Source of the DNA: an uncultured delta proteobacterium
Lineage (GTDB): Bacteria; Myxococcota; Myxococcia; Myxococcales; Myxococcaceae
Assembly: GCA_963776345.1 (NCBI GenBank)
Contig: CAVZMH010000013.1
Location: 215,108 to 279,107 of the forward strand
DNA: 64,000 bases
Direction of reading: 5' to 3'
In this document: piece by piece, positions 53,635 through 63,125 of the stretch
Layout of the letters: every line of letters starts with the position of its first letter
How positions within the stretch are numbered: position 1 is the first letter of the stretch
Notes under the pieces: model-generated
The model's input: the letters and a program-made list of their open reading frames with translations, nothing else
The model's database searches: none
Told to the model about the DNA's origin: nothing
Program-made: the position numbers and the translations under genes

Positions 53635-53982
53635 CTAGCCCGCGACGGCGGTCGGGGCTGCCCGGGGCAGCGCGCCGATCGACGACAGGTACTGGTCGTA
53701 CGCGCTCTCCACGGTGGTCATGTTCCGCTTGCATTTCCGGCGGAGCCAGAAGCCCAGGATGACCAGCGGCACCCCGATGACGGCACCGATCACCGTGAGG
53801 GAGATGAGCACTCCGCAGAAGATGGGAATCATCGACATCATCTTCAGCGGCCGGTACTGATCGAGCAGATCCTGCTTCGCTGCAAACAGGACATCGACGT
53901 CCTTCGAGTTGGTGGCCTTCAGCGCACCGATGACCTGCGGCGTGGTCGCCGTGGAGAGGGCAGCGTTCGGGTTTCCGGGCAT
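53635..53982 (-). CDS. Small membrane protein (115 aa)
   Basis: MPGNPNAALS...IPIFCGVLISLTVIGAVIGVPLVILGFW. AAAGGA RBS. Confidence 0.75.
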   Translation of the reverse strand: MPGNPNAALSTATTPQVIGALKATNSKDVDVLFAAKQDLLDQYRPLKMMSMIPIFCGVLISLTVIGAVIGVPLVILGFWLRRKCKRNMTTVESAYDQYLSSIGALPRAAPTAVAG

Positions 53983-54038
53983 GGGGGATCCTTTCGTCGC
54001 TCCATGCGCAAGACGGTTGCAAGAACCGTCAGCCGCCC

Positions 54039-56174
54039 TCAGCTCGCCGGGTGGAACCGCTCGCCCCGCTCGGCCATGCGCCGGAGCAGCGGCGCCGGCT
54101 CGAAGCGGAGGCCCTTGCGCTCGCGCCAGTGCTCGAGGCGGCGCAGCAGCTCGGCTGTGCCCATCGCGTCGGCGGCGCGGAACGGCCCGCCCCGGAACGG
54201 GGGGAAGCCGAGGCCGAACACCGCGCCGATGTCCCCGTCGCGGGCGTTCCGGAGGATGCCCTCCTCGAGGCAGCGGATGGCCTCGTTGAGGAAGAGGAGC
54301 ACCGGGCGCTCGCGCAGCTCGTCCTCGGGGAACGGCACGCGGGTCGCGCCGCCCGGGAGCGCGGCGTACACGCTCGAGTCCACCGGCTTGCCCTTCACGT
54401 CGTAGCGGTAGAAGCCCTTCTTCGCCTTCCGGCCGAGCCGGCCCTCCTTCACCAGCGCGGCCATGGTCGCCGGGGGCGTCATCCGCTCGCCGAAGGCGTC
54501 GTGGAGCACGTGGCTCACCTTCTCGCCCACGTCGATGCCCACCTCGTCGAGCAGCTGGAACGGGCCCACCGGGAAGCCGTAGGCCCGGAGCGCGGTGTCC
54601 ACCGCACCGACGTCCGCCCCCTCGATCAGGAGGTGCGCCGCCTCGTTGAGGTACGGGGCGAGCACGCGCGAGGTGTAGAAGCCCGGGCCGTCGCGGACGA
54701 CGATGACCGTCTTCCCCTGCTTCTTGCCCAGATCGACGCAGGTGGCGACGACCGACGGGTCCGTGCCGGCGTGGGTGATGACCTCGAGGAGAGGCATCTT
54801 CTCCACCGGGCTGAAGTAGTGCATCCCGATGACGTTGCCGGGCCGCCTGCTGCCCTCGGCCAGCCGGGCGATGGGGATGGCGCTGGTGTTCGAAGCAAAG
54901 ATGGAGCTCTCGGGCGTCGACGCCTCCACCTCGGCGAGGAGCCGGCGCTTGAGGGGCAGGTCCTCGAACACCGCCTCGATGACCACGTCCGCGCGCCCGA
55001 AGCCGGAGAGGTCGGTGGACGCGGTGACGCGCGAGAGCACCTTCTCCAGCCCCCGGCGGTCGAGCCGGCGGCGGCGGACGCGGGTGTCGAGCAGGCCGCG
55101 CACGTGGGCCAGCGCGCGCCCCACCGAGGCGTCGTCCCGCTCCTTGATGCGGACCGGGAGCTCGGCCTTCTCGGCGGTGACGAAGGCGATGCCGCCGCCC
55201 ATCAGTCCTCCGCCGAGCACCGCCACCTTGTGGACGGGCCGGGCCTTCGCCGCGCCGTCGACCCCGGTGTCCTTCTTCAGCGCGGTGGTGGCGAAGAACA
55301 GCTCTCGCAGCCGCGCGCTGACCTCGGTCATGAGCAGCTCGCCGAAGGCGCGGGCCTCCGCGCGCTGGCCGGCCTCGAAGCCCTTCTCCAGGCCCTCGCG
55401 GACCACGTCGAGCGCGCGCTCCGGCGCCGGGTAGTGGCCGCCGCTCTTCCTCAGAAGCTGCTTCCGCGCCTCGGAGAAGAGGAGCCTCCGCCCGAGCGGG
55501 TTCCCCTCCAGGGCGGCGCGGGTCACGGTCTCGCGCGGGCTCCGGCGCGGCCGGGGGCGACCGGCGCCCGAGGCGAGCCCCCGCGCGCGCTCCACCGCGA
55601 CCTCGACCAGGATGGCCCGGGGGACCACCTCGTCGACCAGGCCGAGCTTCCGCGCCTTGGCGGCCCGGACCGCCTTCCCGGTGAGGATGAGGTCCAGCGC
55701 GGCCTGCACGCCGATGAGGCGCGGGAGCCGCTGGGTGCCACCGGCGCCGGGGAGGAGGCCGAGCTGCACCTCGGGGAGCCCGAGCTGGGTGCGCGGTGCG
55801 TCCGAGGCGACGCGGCCCTGACAGGCCATGGCCCACTCGAGGCCGCCGCCGAGGCAGGCGCCATGGATGGCGGCGACGACCGGCTTGGGGAAGCTGGCGA
55901 GCCGGTCGAAGCCCTGCTGACCCTCGCGCGAGGCGCGCTCGCCGTCCGCGGCGGCGTGGAGCGAGCCGAGCCACTTCACGTCCGCGCCGACGAGGAAGTC
56001 CTGCTTGCCGGAGGCGAAGACGATGGCCTTCACCGCGTCGTCCTTGCCCAGCCGCTCCAGCTCCCCGGCGAACTCCGCGCCCACGCTGGGCGAGAGCGTG
56101 TTCACCGGCTCGCCGGGCAGGTCGAGGGTGAGCACCGCCACGTCTCCACGCATCTCCGAGCGGAAGGCAGCCAT
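54039..56174 (-). CDS. fadJ: Fatty acid oxidation complex alpha subunit
   Basis: Enoyl-CoA hydratase part (CLGGGLE, LGLPEVQLGLLPGAGGTQRLPR) plus hydroxyacyl-CoA dehydrogenase part (GGGLMGGGIA, EAVFED, SNTS, MHYFSPV). Confidence 0.95.
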   Translation of the reverse strand: MAAFRSEMRGDVAVLTLDLPGEPVNTLSPSVGAEFAGELERLGKDDAVKAIVFASGKQDFLVGADVKWLGSLHAAADGERASREGQQGFDRLASFPKPVVAAIHGACLGGGLEWAMACQGRVASDAPRTQLGLPEVQLGLLPGAGGTQRLPRLIGVQAALDLILTGKAVRAAKARKLGLVDEVVPRAILVEVAVERARGLASGAGRPRPRRSPRETVTRAALEGNPLGRRLLFSEARKQLLRKSGGHYPAPERALDVVREGLEKGFEAGQRAEARAFGELLMTEVSARLRELFFATTALKKDTGVDGAAKARPVHKVAVLGGGLMGGGIAFVTAEKAELPVRIKERDDASVGRALAHVRGLLDTRVRRRRLDRRGLEKVLSRVTASTDLSGFGRADVVIEAVFEDLPLKRRLLAEVEASTPESSIFASNTSAIPIARLAEGSRRPGNVIGMHYFSPVEKMPLLEVITHAGTDPSVVATCVDLGKKQGKTVIVVRDGPGFYTSRVLAPYLNEAAHLLIEGADVGAVDTALRAYGFPVGPFQLLDEVGIDVGEKVSHVLHDAFGERMTPPATMAALVKEGRLGRKAKKGFYRYDVKGKPVDSSVYAALPGGATRVPFPEDELRERPVLLFLNEAIRCLEEGILRNARDGDIGAVFGLGFPPFRGGPFRAADAMGTAELLRRLEHWRERKGLRFEPAPLLRRMAERGERFHPAS

Positions 56175-57494
56175 CAGACGCGCTCCACGACGATGGCCGC
56201 GCCGAGCCCGCCGGCCGCGCACACGGTGCACAGCGCGGTGCTCTTCCCGCGCCGGGCGAGCGCGTCGAGCGCCTGCATGACGATGCGCGCCCCGGTGGCC
56301 CCGAAGGGATGCCCGAGGGCGATGGAGCCGCCGTGGACGTTGAGCCGCTCCGGGTCCACCTCGCCCAGCGGCGCCGAGCGGCCCAGCTTCTTCGCGAACT
56401 CGGCGCTGGCAAACGCCTGGAGGTTGCTCGCCACCTGCGCGGCGAAGGCCTCGTGCATCTCGACCAGGTCGATGTCCTTGAGCGCCATGCCCGCACGCTC
56501 CAGCGCCAGCGGGGCGGCGTACGCCGGGCCCTGCAGCAGCTGGTCGGCCGGGTCCGTCGCGGCGTAGGCGAACGCGCGCAGCGCCCCGAGCGGCTGGAGG
56601 CCGAGCGCCTTCGCCCGGTCCTCGCGCATGACCAGGAGCGCGGCAGCGCCGTCGGTCAGGGGCGAGCTGTTCCCGGCCGTGACCGAGCCACGGGCCCGGT
56701 CGAACACCGGCTTGAGATTGGCGAGCGCCTCGAGCGAGGTGTCCGGGCGGACGAGAATCGTCCGTCGTCCCGGTGGTGGTGTAGCTGGGCGGCACGGGGA
56801 CGTGCATCACCTGTCCGTCGAACACGCCGGCCTTCCACGCGGCCGCGGCGCGGTGGTGCGAGGCCCGCGCGATCTCGTCCTGCCAGGCGCGGGAGATGCC
56901 GTTCTCCTTGGCCATCTTCTCGGCGCTCTGGCCCATGGTGAGGCCGGTGGAGTACTCGGCGATGGCCGGCGGGACGGGGACCAGGTCCTTGGGGTGGAGG
57001 CCGGCGAAGGCGCGGACGCGCTCGGGGAGCGAGCGGGCGCGGCTGGCCTTCACCAGGGCGCGCGAGAGGGGCCGGCTGGTGAAGATGGGCACGTCGCTCA
57101 TCGACTCGGTGCCGCCGGCGATGGCCACCCGGCTGACCCCCAGAGCCATCGCGGAGGCCACGTCGGTGAACGCCTGGATGGACGTGGCGCAGGCCCTGGA
57201 GACCGAGTGGGCCTCGATGCCCCGGGGGAGCGCCGAGGCGAGGCCCACCTCGCGGGCGATGCTCGGGGCCAGGAGCGTGGGGATGGCCTGGCCGAAGACG
57301 ACCTGGTCGATCTCGGCCGGGTCGATGTCCGCGCGCTGGACGAGCTCACGGACCACCGCCGCTCCAAGTTCCAGCGAGGTGAGGGAGCCGAAGACGCCGC
57401 CCGCCTTGACGAAGGGCGTGCGGAGCCCCCTCACCACGACGGCGCGCGACGTGCCGGGTTGACCGAGCAGTTGCGCCATGACGCGGTGTTCCAT
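56174..57494 (-). CDS. fadI: Acetyl-CoA C-acyltransferase (thiolase), frameshift near 56755
   Basis: GLRTPF, RACATS, GGTESMS in one frame; GNSSPLTDGA, HEAFAAQ, GHPFGATG, CAAGG in another. Confidence 0.93.
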
Positions 57495-57501
57495 CAGAGA
57501 C

Positions 57502-57515
57502 TGACTCGCGAGTCA
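57502..57515. promoter_or_regulatory. Perfect 14-bp palindrome upstream of fadI (candidate operator)
   Basis: TGACTCGCGAGTCA, overlapping a minus-strand TTGACT hexamer. Confidence 0.55.
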
Positions 57516-57610
57516 ACGGATCGGCCGAGATCGGTGCGGTGTCAGGAGTCGAGGCGCTCCTTGTCTCGGCTCCGCACCCGTGCCCGAATGTCCGGCGAGG
57601 GGGTGGACCC

Positions 57611-58081
57611 ATGCCGAGCATGCAGAGGCGGATCGCTGGCTGCGCGGTGCTGTGCGCGCTGGGCTGCTCGAAGCCAGACCTCGAGGCCGAGCGTGCCGCG
57701 ATTCTCGGGACGGACCGGCCGTGGCAGGACGCCATCGCGGCGAAGGATGTCGACCGAACCCTCTCCTTCTGGGCCGACGACGCGGTCGTCATGCCTCCCG
57801 GACAGCCGAGCCTGGTCGGGAAGGATGCCCTCCGCGGCTTCGTGACGGAGGCCTTCAAGATTCCGGGGTTCGGGCTCCGGTGGGAAACCGGAACGGTCTC
57901 CGTCGCGCCGCACGGCGATGTGGGTTACGCGATGGCGAGGACGACCACAACCTTGAACGGGCCCGACGGCAAGCCGATCGCGCTCCGCGGAAAGGCGGCG
58001 ACCGTCTGGCGCAAGGGCGCCGACGGCCGCTGGAAGTGCGTGGTCGACGTCTGGAACGACGACCCACCGCCGAAGCCCTGA
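57611..58081 (+). CDS. NTF2-like (DUF4440/YybH) lipoprotein
   Basis: ALG-C lipobox, WADDAVVMPPG, GDVGY, TVWRKGADGRWKCVVDVWN. Confidence 0.85.
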   Translation: MPSMQRRIAGCAVLCALGCSKPDLEAERAAILGTDRPWQDAIAAKDVDRTLSFWADDAVVMPPGQPSLVGKDALRGFVTEAFKIPGFGLRWETGTVSVAPHGDVGYAMARTTTTLNGPDGKPIALRGKAATVWRKGADGRWKCVVDVWNDDPPPKP

Positions 58082-58091
58082 GGCGCAGCGC

Positions 58092-59057
58092 TCAGGCGGC
58101 TGGGGCCATGGGCTCGGAACGCATCGCCTCGAGCGTCTTCCGGATCCCCTCGTCGTACGAGGTCTTCTTCACCGGTCCGAGGAGCTTCTGGATGGCCGAG
58201 TCGTCGAGCACCACCGGCGTGCTCTGGAGATAATTCATCTCGATCAGCTCGCGCATCAGCGGGTTGAACAGCCCCATCACCCGCAGGGTGTTCTTCCCCG
58301 CCACGCGAATCTTCGGTGCGCGGCCGACGCCCGCGAAGACCTTCGTCGCGAACTCGCGCTGGGTGATGGTCCCCGGCCCGCCGAGGTGCCACCAGCGGCC
58401 GTACGCCTCCGGCCGGTCGGCGAGGTCGAGCAGCACCGGCGCGACGTCCGGCACGTAGATGAACTCGTGTGGGGTGTCGATGGGGCCGATCAGGTTCGCC
58501 TTTCCGCCCTGCAGCGCCGCCACGAAGGCGCCATGGACGAAGCTCTTCTCGATGTCCGGCCCGTAGTAGTCCGGGAGCCGGAGTACCGTCCCGCGGATCT
58601 TCCCCGCGGCGTCGGCCTCCAGCAGCAGGTCTTCCTGCTCCTTCCGCATCCGCCCCTTGAAGGTGTGCGGCTCGCGCGGGTGGTCCTCGGCGACGCGCGC
58701 CGTTCGCGGCATCCCGTACGGGTACACCGTGCCCACCAGCAGCATTCGCTGGACGCCCTCGGCGATGGCGCCCGCGAGCGTCTGCCGCATCACCACCGGA
58801 TGGAGCTGGAACTGGTGGTAGGGAACGCCCACCAGGTAGATGAGTGTGTCGAGCCCGCGAACGGCGGCACGGACCGACGTGGCGTCGTCCGGCGACCAGC
58901 TGACCCGCTCCACTCCCGGGAGCCCCCGGACGCTCTTCTCCAGAGCGGCCGCGGAGCGCCCGATGACCCGAAACGACTTCCCGCGCTCCGCCAGCGCCTG
59001 CCCCACGGCCCGCCCCATCGCTCCTGCCGCTCCGACCAGACCGATTCGCTCGACCAT
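58092..59057 (-). CDS. NAD(P)-binding epimerase/dehydratase-family protein
   Basis: LVGAAGAMG, VYPYG, KGRMR, LRLPDYYGP. Confidence 0.85.
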   Translation of the reverse strand: MVERIGLVGAAGAMGRAVGQALAERGKSFRVIGRSAAALEKSVRGLPGVERVSWSPDDATSVRAAVRGLDTLIYLVGVPYHQFQLHPVVMRQTLAGAIAEGVQRMLLVGTVYPYGMPRTARVAEDHPREPHTFKGRMRKEQEDLLLEADAAGKIRGTVLRLPDYYGPDIEKSFVHGAFVAALQGGKANLIGPIDTPHEFIYVPDVAPVLLDLADRPEAYGRWWHLGGPGTITQREFATKVFAGVGRAPKIRVAGKNTLRVMGLFNPLMRELIEMNYLQSTPVVLDDSAIQKLLGPVKKTSYDEGIRKTLEAMRSEPMAPAA

Positions 59058-59132
59058 GACTGCCTCCGCGGAGCCGCTGGTGACCACCCGCGCTCCGCAC
59101 GTTCCTCGACGCGCTCGTCCGCCCTGCCCCGG

Positions 59133-60176
59133 CTACGGCGTCGGCGGCGGGCTGACGTGACAGCCGAGCCGGTGCACGGTCTCCACCAGGTGCTTCGCCG
59201 CGTCGGGTGAGGTCGGCGGCAGGATGCCGTGCCCGAGGTTGAAGATGTGCCCCACCGGCCCGGCGCGACGGAGGATGTCGGCCACCCGCTGCTCCAGCTC
59301 GGCCGGCGGAAGGAAGAGCGCCAGCGGGTCGAGGTTCCCCTGGAGCGCCACGTCTGGCCCCGCGAGCGCGCGCGCCTGGTCGATCTCGATGCGCCAGTCG
59401 CAGCCGAGCACGTCGGCGCCCGTCCTCCGCAAGAGCGGCAGGTGGGTGGACATCGCGGTGCCGAAGACGATGACCGGCACGCCCTTCGCCTGGAGCGCGT
59501 GCACCATGCGCGTGAGGTACGGAAGCGAGAAGGCCTCGAAATCGTGCGGGCTCAGCTCACCGCCCCAGCTGTCGAAGATCTGGACGATGCGCGCGCCCGC
59601 CTCCACCTGCATCTCGAGGTAGGGGATCAGCGTCCGGGTGAGCCGGTCGAACAGCGCGTGGGCCAGCTTCGGCTGCTCGAAGAGGAGCCGCTTGATGAGG
59701 ATGAAGCTCTTCGAGCCACCGCCCTCGACCATGTAGGCCGCGAGGGTGAACGGAGCTCCGGCGAAGCCGATGACCGGCACCGAGTCGTGCAGGGCGGCGC
59801 GGGTACGGCGGATGGCCTCGGCGACGAAGCCGGTCGTCGCCACCGGATCCGGCACGACGAGCTTCTCGATGTCCGCGGCGGTCCGCAGCGGCGAGGGGAA
59901 GTGCGGCCCGCGGTCGCCGAGCTCGAGCTCCATCCCCATGGCCTCGGTGGGGATGAGGATGTCGGAGAAGATGATGGCCGCGTCGACTCCGAGCCGGCGC
60001 ACCGGCTGGACGGTGACCTCGGCGGCGAGATCCGGCGTCTTGCAGAGCGGGAGGAACTCGATCTTCTCGCGGATGGCCCGGTACTCGGGGAGGTAGCGCC
60101 CGGCCTGACGCATGATCCACACCGGGGTCACGTCCACGGGCTGGCGGCGCGCGGCGCGGAGGAGGCGATCGTTCAC
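59133..60176 (-). CDS. hemE: Uroporphyrinogen decarboxylase
   Basis: PVWIMRQAGRYLPEYR, DAAIIFSDIL, IFDSWG, LQGNLDP, FNLGHGI. Confidence 0.98.
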   Translation of the reverse strand: MNDRLLRAARRQPVDVTPVWIMRQAGRYLPEYRAIREKIEFLPLCKTPDLAAEVTVQPVRRLGVDAAIIFSDILIPTEAMGMELELGDRGPHFPSPLRTAADIEKLVVPDPVATTGFVAEAIRRTRAALHDSVPVIGFAGAPFTLAAYMVEGGGSKSFILIKRLLFEQPKLAHALFDRLTRTLIPYLEMQVEAGARIVQIFDSWGGELSPHDFEAFSLPYLTRMVHALQAKGVPVIVFGTAMSTHLPLLRRTGADVLGCDWRIEIDQARALAGPDVALQGNLDPLALFLPPAELEQRVADILRRAGPVGHIFNLGHGILPPTSPDAAKHLVETVHRLGCHVSPPPTP

Positions 60177-60243
60177 GCCCGGGGGACGTAGCAGGAACGC
60201 CCCGGGGCTGGCGAGTGGCGCGATGCGGGCCGCCGGGGCGTGC

Positions 60244-60657
60244 TCAGGCGCCGTCGCCCTGCCGGACGGGCTTCAGGTCGAGCACCGGCGTCCCGTCGAT
60301 GGCCTCGAGCGGTCCGACCCGGAGTCGGCGACCCTCGATGGCGAGGACCCGGACCCGGTGCAGACCGACCGGGTTCGGCCAATCCGGCGAACGGGTGGAG
60401 AACACGCCGGTGAGTGGACGCGTCGGGTCGCTCCGCGGATGAACCTCGAGGACGGAGCGGTCCGCCTGGTGCAGCCAGGTCAGGAGCACGACCTCGTCGC
60501 CGATGGCGAGCCCCGAAGCTGCAGGGAGGACCTCGGGCACAAGCTCGATCCACGCGTCCGGTGCGCCCTCGCTCCCCTGCATCGGCGCCACCTGCCGGTC
60601 CCGGAGCTCGGAGCGGACCTGTCCGACTGGACGGAGCCGGAGGTCGCGCACGCTCAT
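60244..60657 (-). CDS. trmO: TrmO/TsaA-like tRNA methyltransferase (N-terminal domain only)
   Basis: LRPVGQVRS, GVFSTRSP.WPNPVGL, LEAIDGTPVLDLKP. Confidence 0.85.
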   Translation of the reverse strand: MSVRDLRLRPVGQVRSELRDRQVAPMQGSEGAPDAWIELVPEVLPAASGLAIGDEVVLLTWLHQADRSVLEVHPRSDPTRPLTGVFSTRSPDWPNPVGLHRVRVLAIEGRRLRVGPLEAIDGTPVLDLKPVRQGDGA

Positions 60658-61469
60658 CGGCGCTCCGCGAAGAGCGCGTTGATCTCCGGGTAAGGCACGG
60701 CGCCCTCGAAGATGGCATCGTAGCCAGCGCCCTCGAGGAACTGCCTGGTCGCGCGCCGCGTCAGCCCGTACACGGCGCTGGAGAGCCCCGAGCCGACGCT
60801 CACCCGCCGCACGCCGAGCGCGGCGAGCTCGGACACGGATGGCAGCCGCGCGCGGACCAGGACGTTGAGCGGCAGAGGGACGCCGGCCACGACCTGGCGA
60901 ATGGCTGCAGGCTCCACGAGGGCGGGCACGAAGAACCCGTCCGCTCCGGCGTCGCGGTACCTGAGCCCGCGGGCGATGGCCTCCTCGGCCGCGCGCTCCG
61001 GCGCGGTGAGCCCGCGGAGGTAGACGTCGGTCCGGGCGTTGACGAACAGGTCCACCCCGGCCCGGGCGGCGCCGCGCTTGGTGGCGGCGATGCGCTCGCA
61101 GAGGACCTCCGGGCGGTCCGCCCCGTCCTCGAGGTTGATGCCCACCGCGCCGGCGCTGGCGAGCGCGAAGGCGTTCTCGGCGATGACGGCGGGGTCCGAG
61201 CCGTAGCCCGCCTCCATGTCGACGCTCAGGGGCAAAGAGACGACCCGGGCGATCTCCGAGACGGCGGTCAGTAGGACGGAGGCCGGAAACGCGCCACCGT
61301 CGGCGTATCCGCGGGCCCAGGCCAGGCCGGCGCTGCTGGTGGCGATGGCCTGCGCGCCGCAGGACTCGATGACCCGGGCGCTGCCCGCGTCCCAGGCGTT
61401 GGGGAGCAAGAGCGGTGCGGTGCCGTGGTGAAGTTGCCTGAAACGTGCGGCGGCGGTGCGAGGGTCCAT
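60654..61469 (-). CDS. Isocitrate lyase/PEP mutase family protein
   Basis: LPNAWDAGSA, ATSSAG, SVDMEAGY, GINLED, NARTDVY, AGADGFFVP. Confidence 0.92.
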   Translation of the reverse strand: MDPRTAAARFRQLHHGTAPLLLPNAWDAGSARVIESCGAQAIATSSAGLAWARGYADGGAFPASVLLTAVSEIARVVSLPLSVDMEAGYGSDPAVIAENAFALASAGAVGINLEDGADRPEVLCERIAATKRGAARAGVDLFVNARTDVYLRGLTAPERAAEEAIARGLRYRDAGADGFFVPALVEPAAIRQVVAGVPLPLNVLVRARLPSVSELAALGVRRVSVGSGLSSAVYGLTRRATRQFLEGAGYDAIFEGAVPYPEINALFAERR

Positions 61470-61543
61470 GGGCCAGTTCTCCAGGGCTCCAGAGTGCCCC
61501 TGCCGACCGGGCCCGGAGTGAGTACAGTTCCCGAGCGTCCTTC

Positions 61544-61573
61544 TTGACACAGCCAGAATCGGGACCGTACAAG
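61544..61573 (+). promoter_or_regulatory. Sigma70-like promoter of the tRNA pair
   Basis: TTGACA-N18-TACAAG, about 30 nt upstream of tRNA-Val. Confidence 0.55.
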
Positions 61574-61604
61574 GCCCCGCGTCATCGGGAGCGGAGCCGG
61601 GACC

Positions 61605-61676
61605 GGGTGGATAGCTCAGCGGTAGAGCATCGCCCTTACAAGGCGAGGGTCACAGGTTCGATCCCTGTTCCGCCCA
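61605..61676 (+). tRNA. tRNA-Val(TAC)
   Basis: Cloverleaf: GGGTGGA/TCCGCCC acceptor, TCGCC-CTTACAA-GGCGA anticodon arm, TTCGATC T-loop. CCA not encoded. Confidence 0.97.
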
Positions 61677-61695
61677 ACGAAGACGTCGTCGTACT

Positions 61696-61769
61696 GGGGA
61701 GTTAGTTCAGCTGGTTAGAACGCCGGCCTGTCACGCCGGAGGTCACGGGTTCAAGTCCCGTACTCCTCG
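61696..61769 (+). tRNA. tRNA-Asp(GTC)
   Basis: GGGGAGT/ACTCCTC acceptor, CCGGC-CTGTCAC-GCCGG anticodon arm, TTCAAGT T-loop. Confidence 0.97.
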
Positions 61770-61877
61770 CTTCCAAGTCGTTGAGGTTGCTGCGGGTTTC
61801 TGAGGCGCTCCGAAGTCACGCCACGGATACGCCACGACTCGCCAACGTGGCTGCTTCGTGCGCGGGCCTCCTCGTTG

Positions 61878-62916
61878 TCACACGGGACGAAGGTTCCAAC
61901 CGTCCCGAGTCTCCCGAGCTACCCACGGCTGGTTGCGGTCATAGGCAGCATGGCCGCCCATCCCAAGGGGAGGCCCCCAACCTATGCTGCCCAAGCCCTG
62001 CTTGAGCACGCGAGTTCCGTGCCCCGTCAGTTGGTATTCGTAGCGCGTGTATTCGCGTTCCTCCCCCGTTTCGCGCCGAAGAACGACGGGGAGCGGACGG
62101 GATTTGGCCCAGGCGTCGAGCCGCAGGAGCGGGAGAAGGTCGCCGTGGCTGAGCAGGACCGGATGCTTTCGCAGGCTCTCAGAGGAGAAGAGGGCCAACG
62201 GCCGCCGCCAGGACTTGGGGCTGAGCCCGCTCAACACCACATCGTCGAACTCTGAGACACGGAGCGTCTTCCCAATGGTCCTCGGAAAGAACCGGAAGTA
62301 GTCCGTGCTCACTCTGAGCCACCGCTGCCGGGGCGTCGTAAGTTCGGCGAGCCCCCTGGGCGTTGCCTCGCAGAAGCGTCGCCACCGCCCCGACTGCCGC
62401 CTTGACCACCCCCGGCCCCAAGCCCTGGGCGTGGCCGAACATCAGCTTCATCTGGTCTGGGTTGTAGCAGCCCATCGATTCGAGAAAGTCCCACTCAGGG
62501 ATGCAGAGCGGGCTCGCCAGCCAGAGGGGTCGGTCAGCGAGCCCCATTCGTGACAACGCATCCAAGGCCCACCAGAGGAAGAGGCGGTCACTCCAGTTCT
62601 CCCCAGACCAAAGCACGAGTGGGAGATTGGGCGGGCATGCGCGCACTGCGGCCTCAAGCTCGTCTGCCGCAAGGGGTGCGTTCTCGGACTCCGACGAATT
62701 CGGCGCGCTAACCTCGGCCCAGAAGGCACTCCGAAGCCTCCGGTGCTCAACCGGGTCGAACGAGGCTCCTCCGTAGGCGAGGGTGTCACGAACCGAAACG
62801 ATGAAACGCGCACGCGCCTGCCGTAGCGTTCCCCCAGGCGAGTCACCCCGAATGAGATGAACCGCATCTGCAATAGCGAACCTCGGTGGCAAACTCTTGG
62901 AGGGCTTCCGGGGCAT
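61878..62916 (-). CDS. DUF1835-like hypothetical protein, frameshift near 62390
   Basis: VHLIRGDSPGGTLRQA, RDTLAYG, LVLWSGENWSDRLFLWW. Continues in the frame of ORF 61878..62312 (YQLTGHGTRVLKQG...MGG). Confidence 0.55.
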
Positions 62917-63125
62917 AAGGGTTCGAGCGCGCCTGCCAAAGGCGGTCAATCGGGCGAGAATTCCACATTGACGATTCAGTCATCACGGAAGAGACTGGTC
63001 CCGCAGTCTGGATCACTCCAACCTTCAGTGGTGTGCCCGTACGACGCTCACCTCATCCAGCCGCTCCATCGGGTACTCGGCGATCTAGCCAGGAACCTAC
63101 GTGAGGATTGATTTAAGGAGTCGCC

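Noticed and set aside
54039..57494. 1151-aa FadI-FadJ fusion
   Set aside because: Produced by one frameshift near 56755. The thiolase C-terminus is intact in another frame and fadJ has its own ATG.
60244..61769. Functional link between trmO and the adjacent tRNAs
   Set aside because: TrmO acts on t6A37 tRNAs that read ANN codons (e.g. Thr), not Val or Asp.
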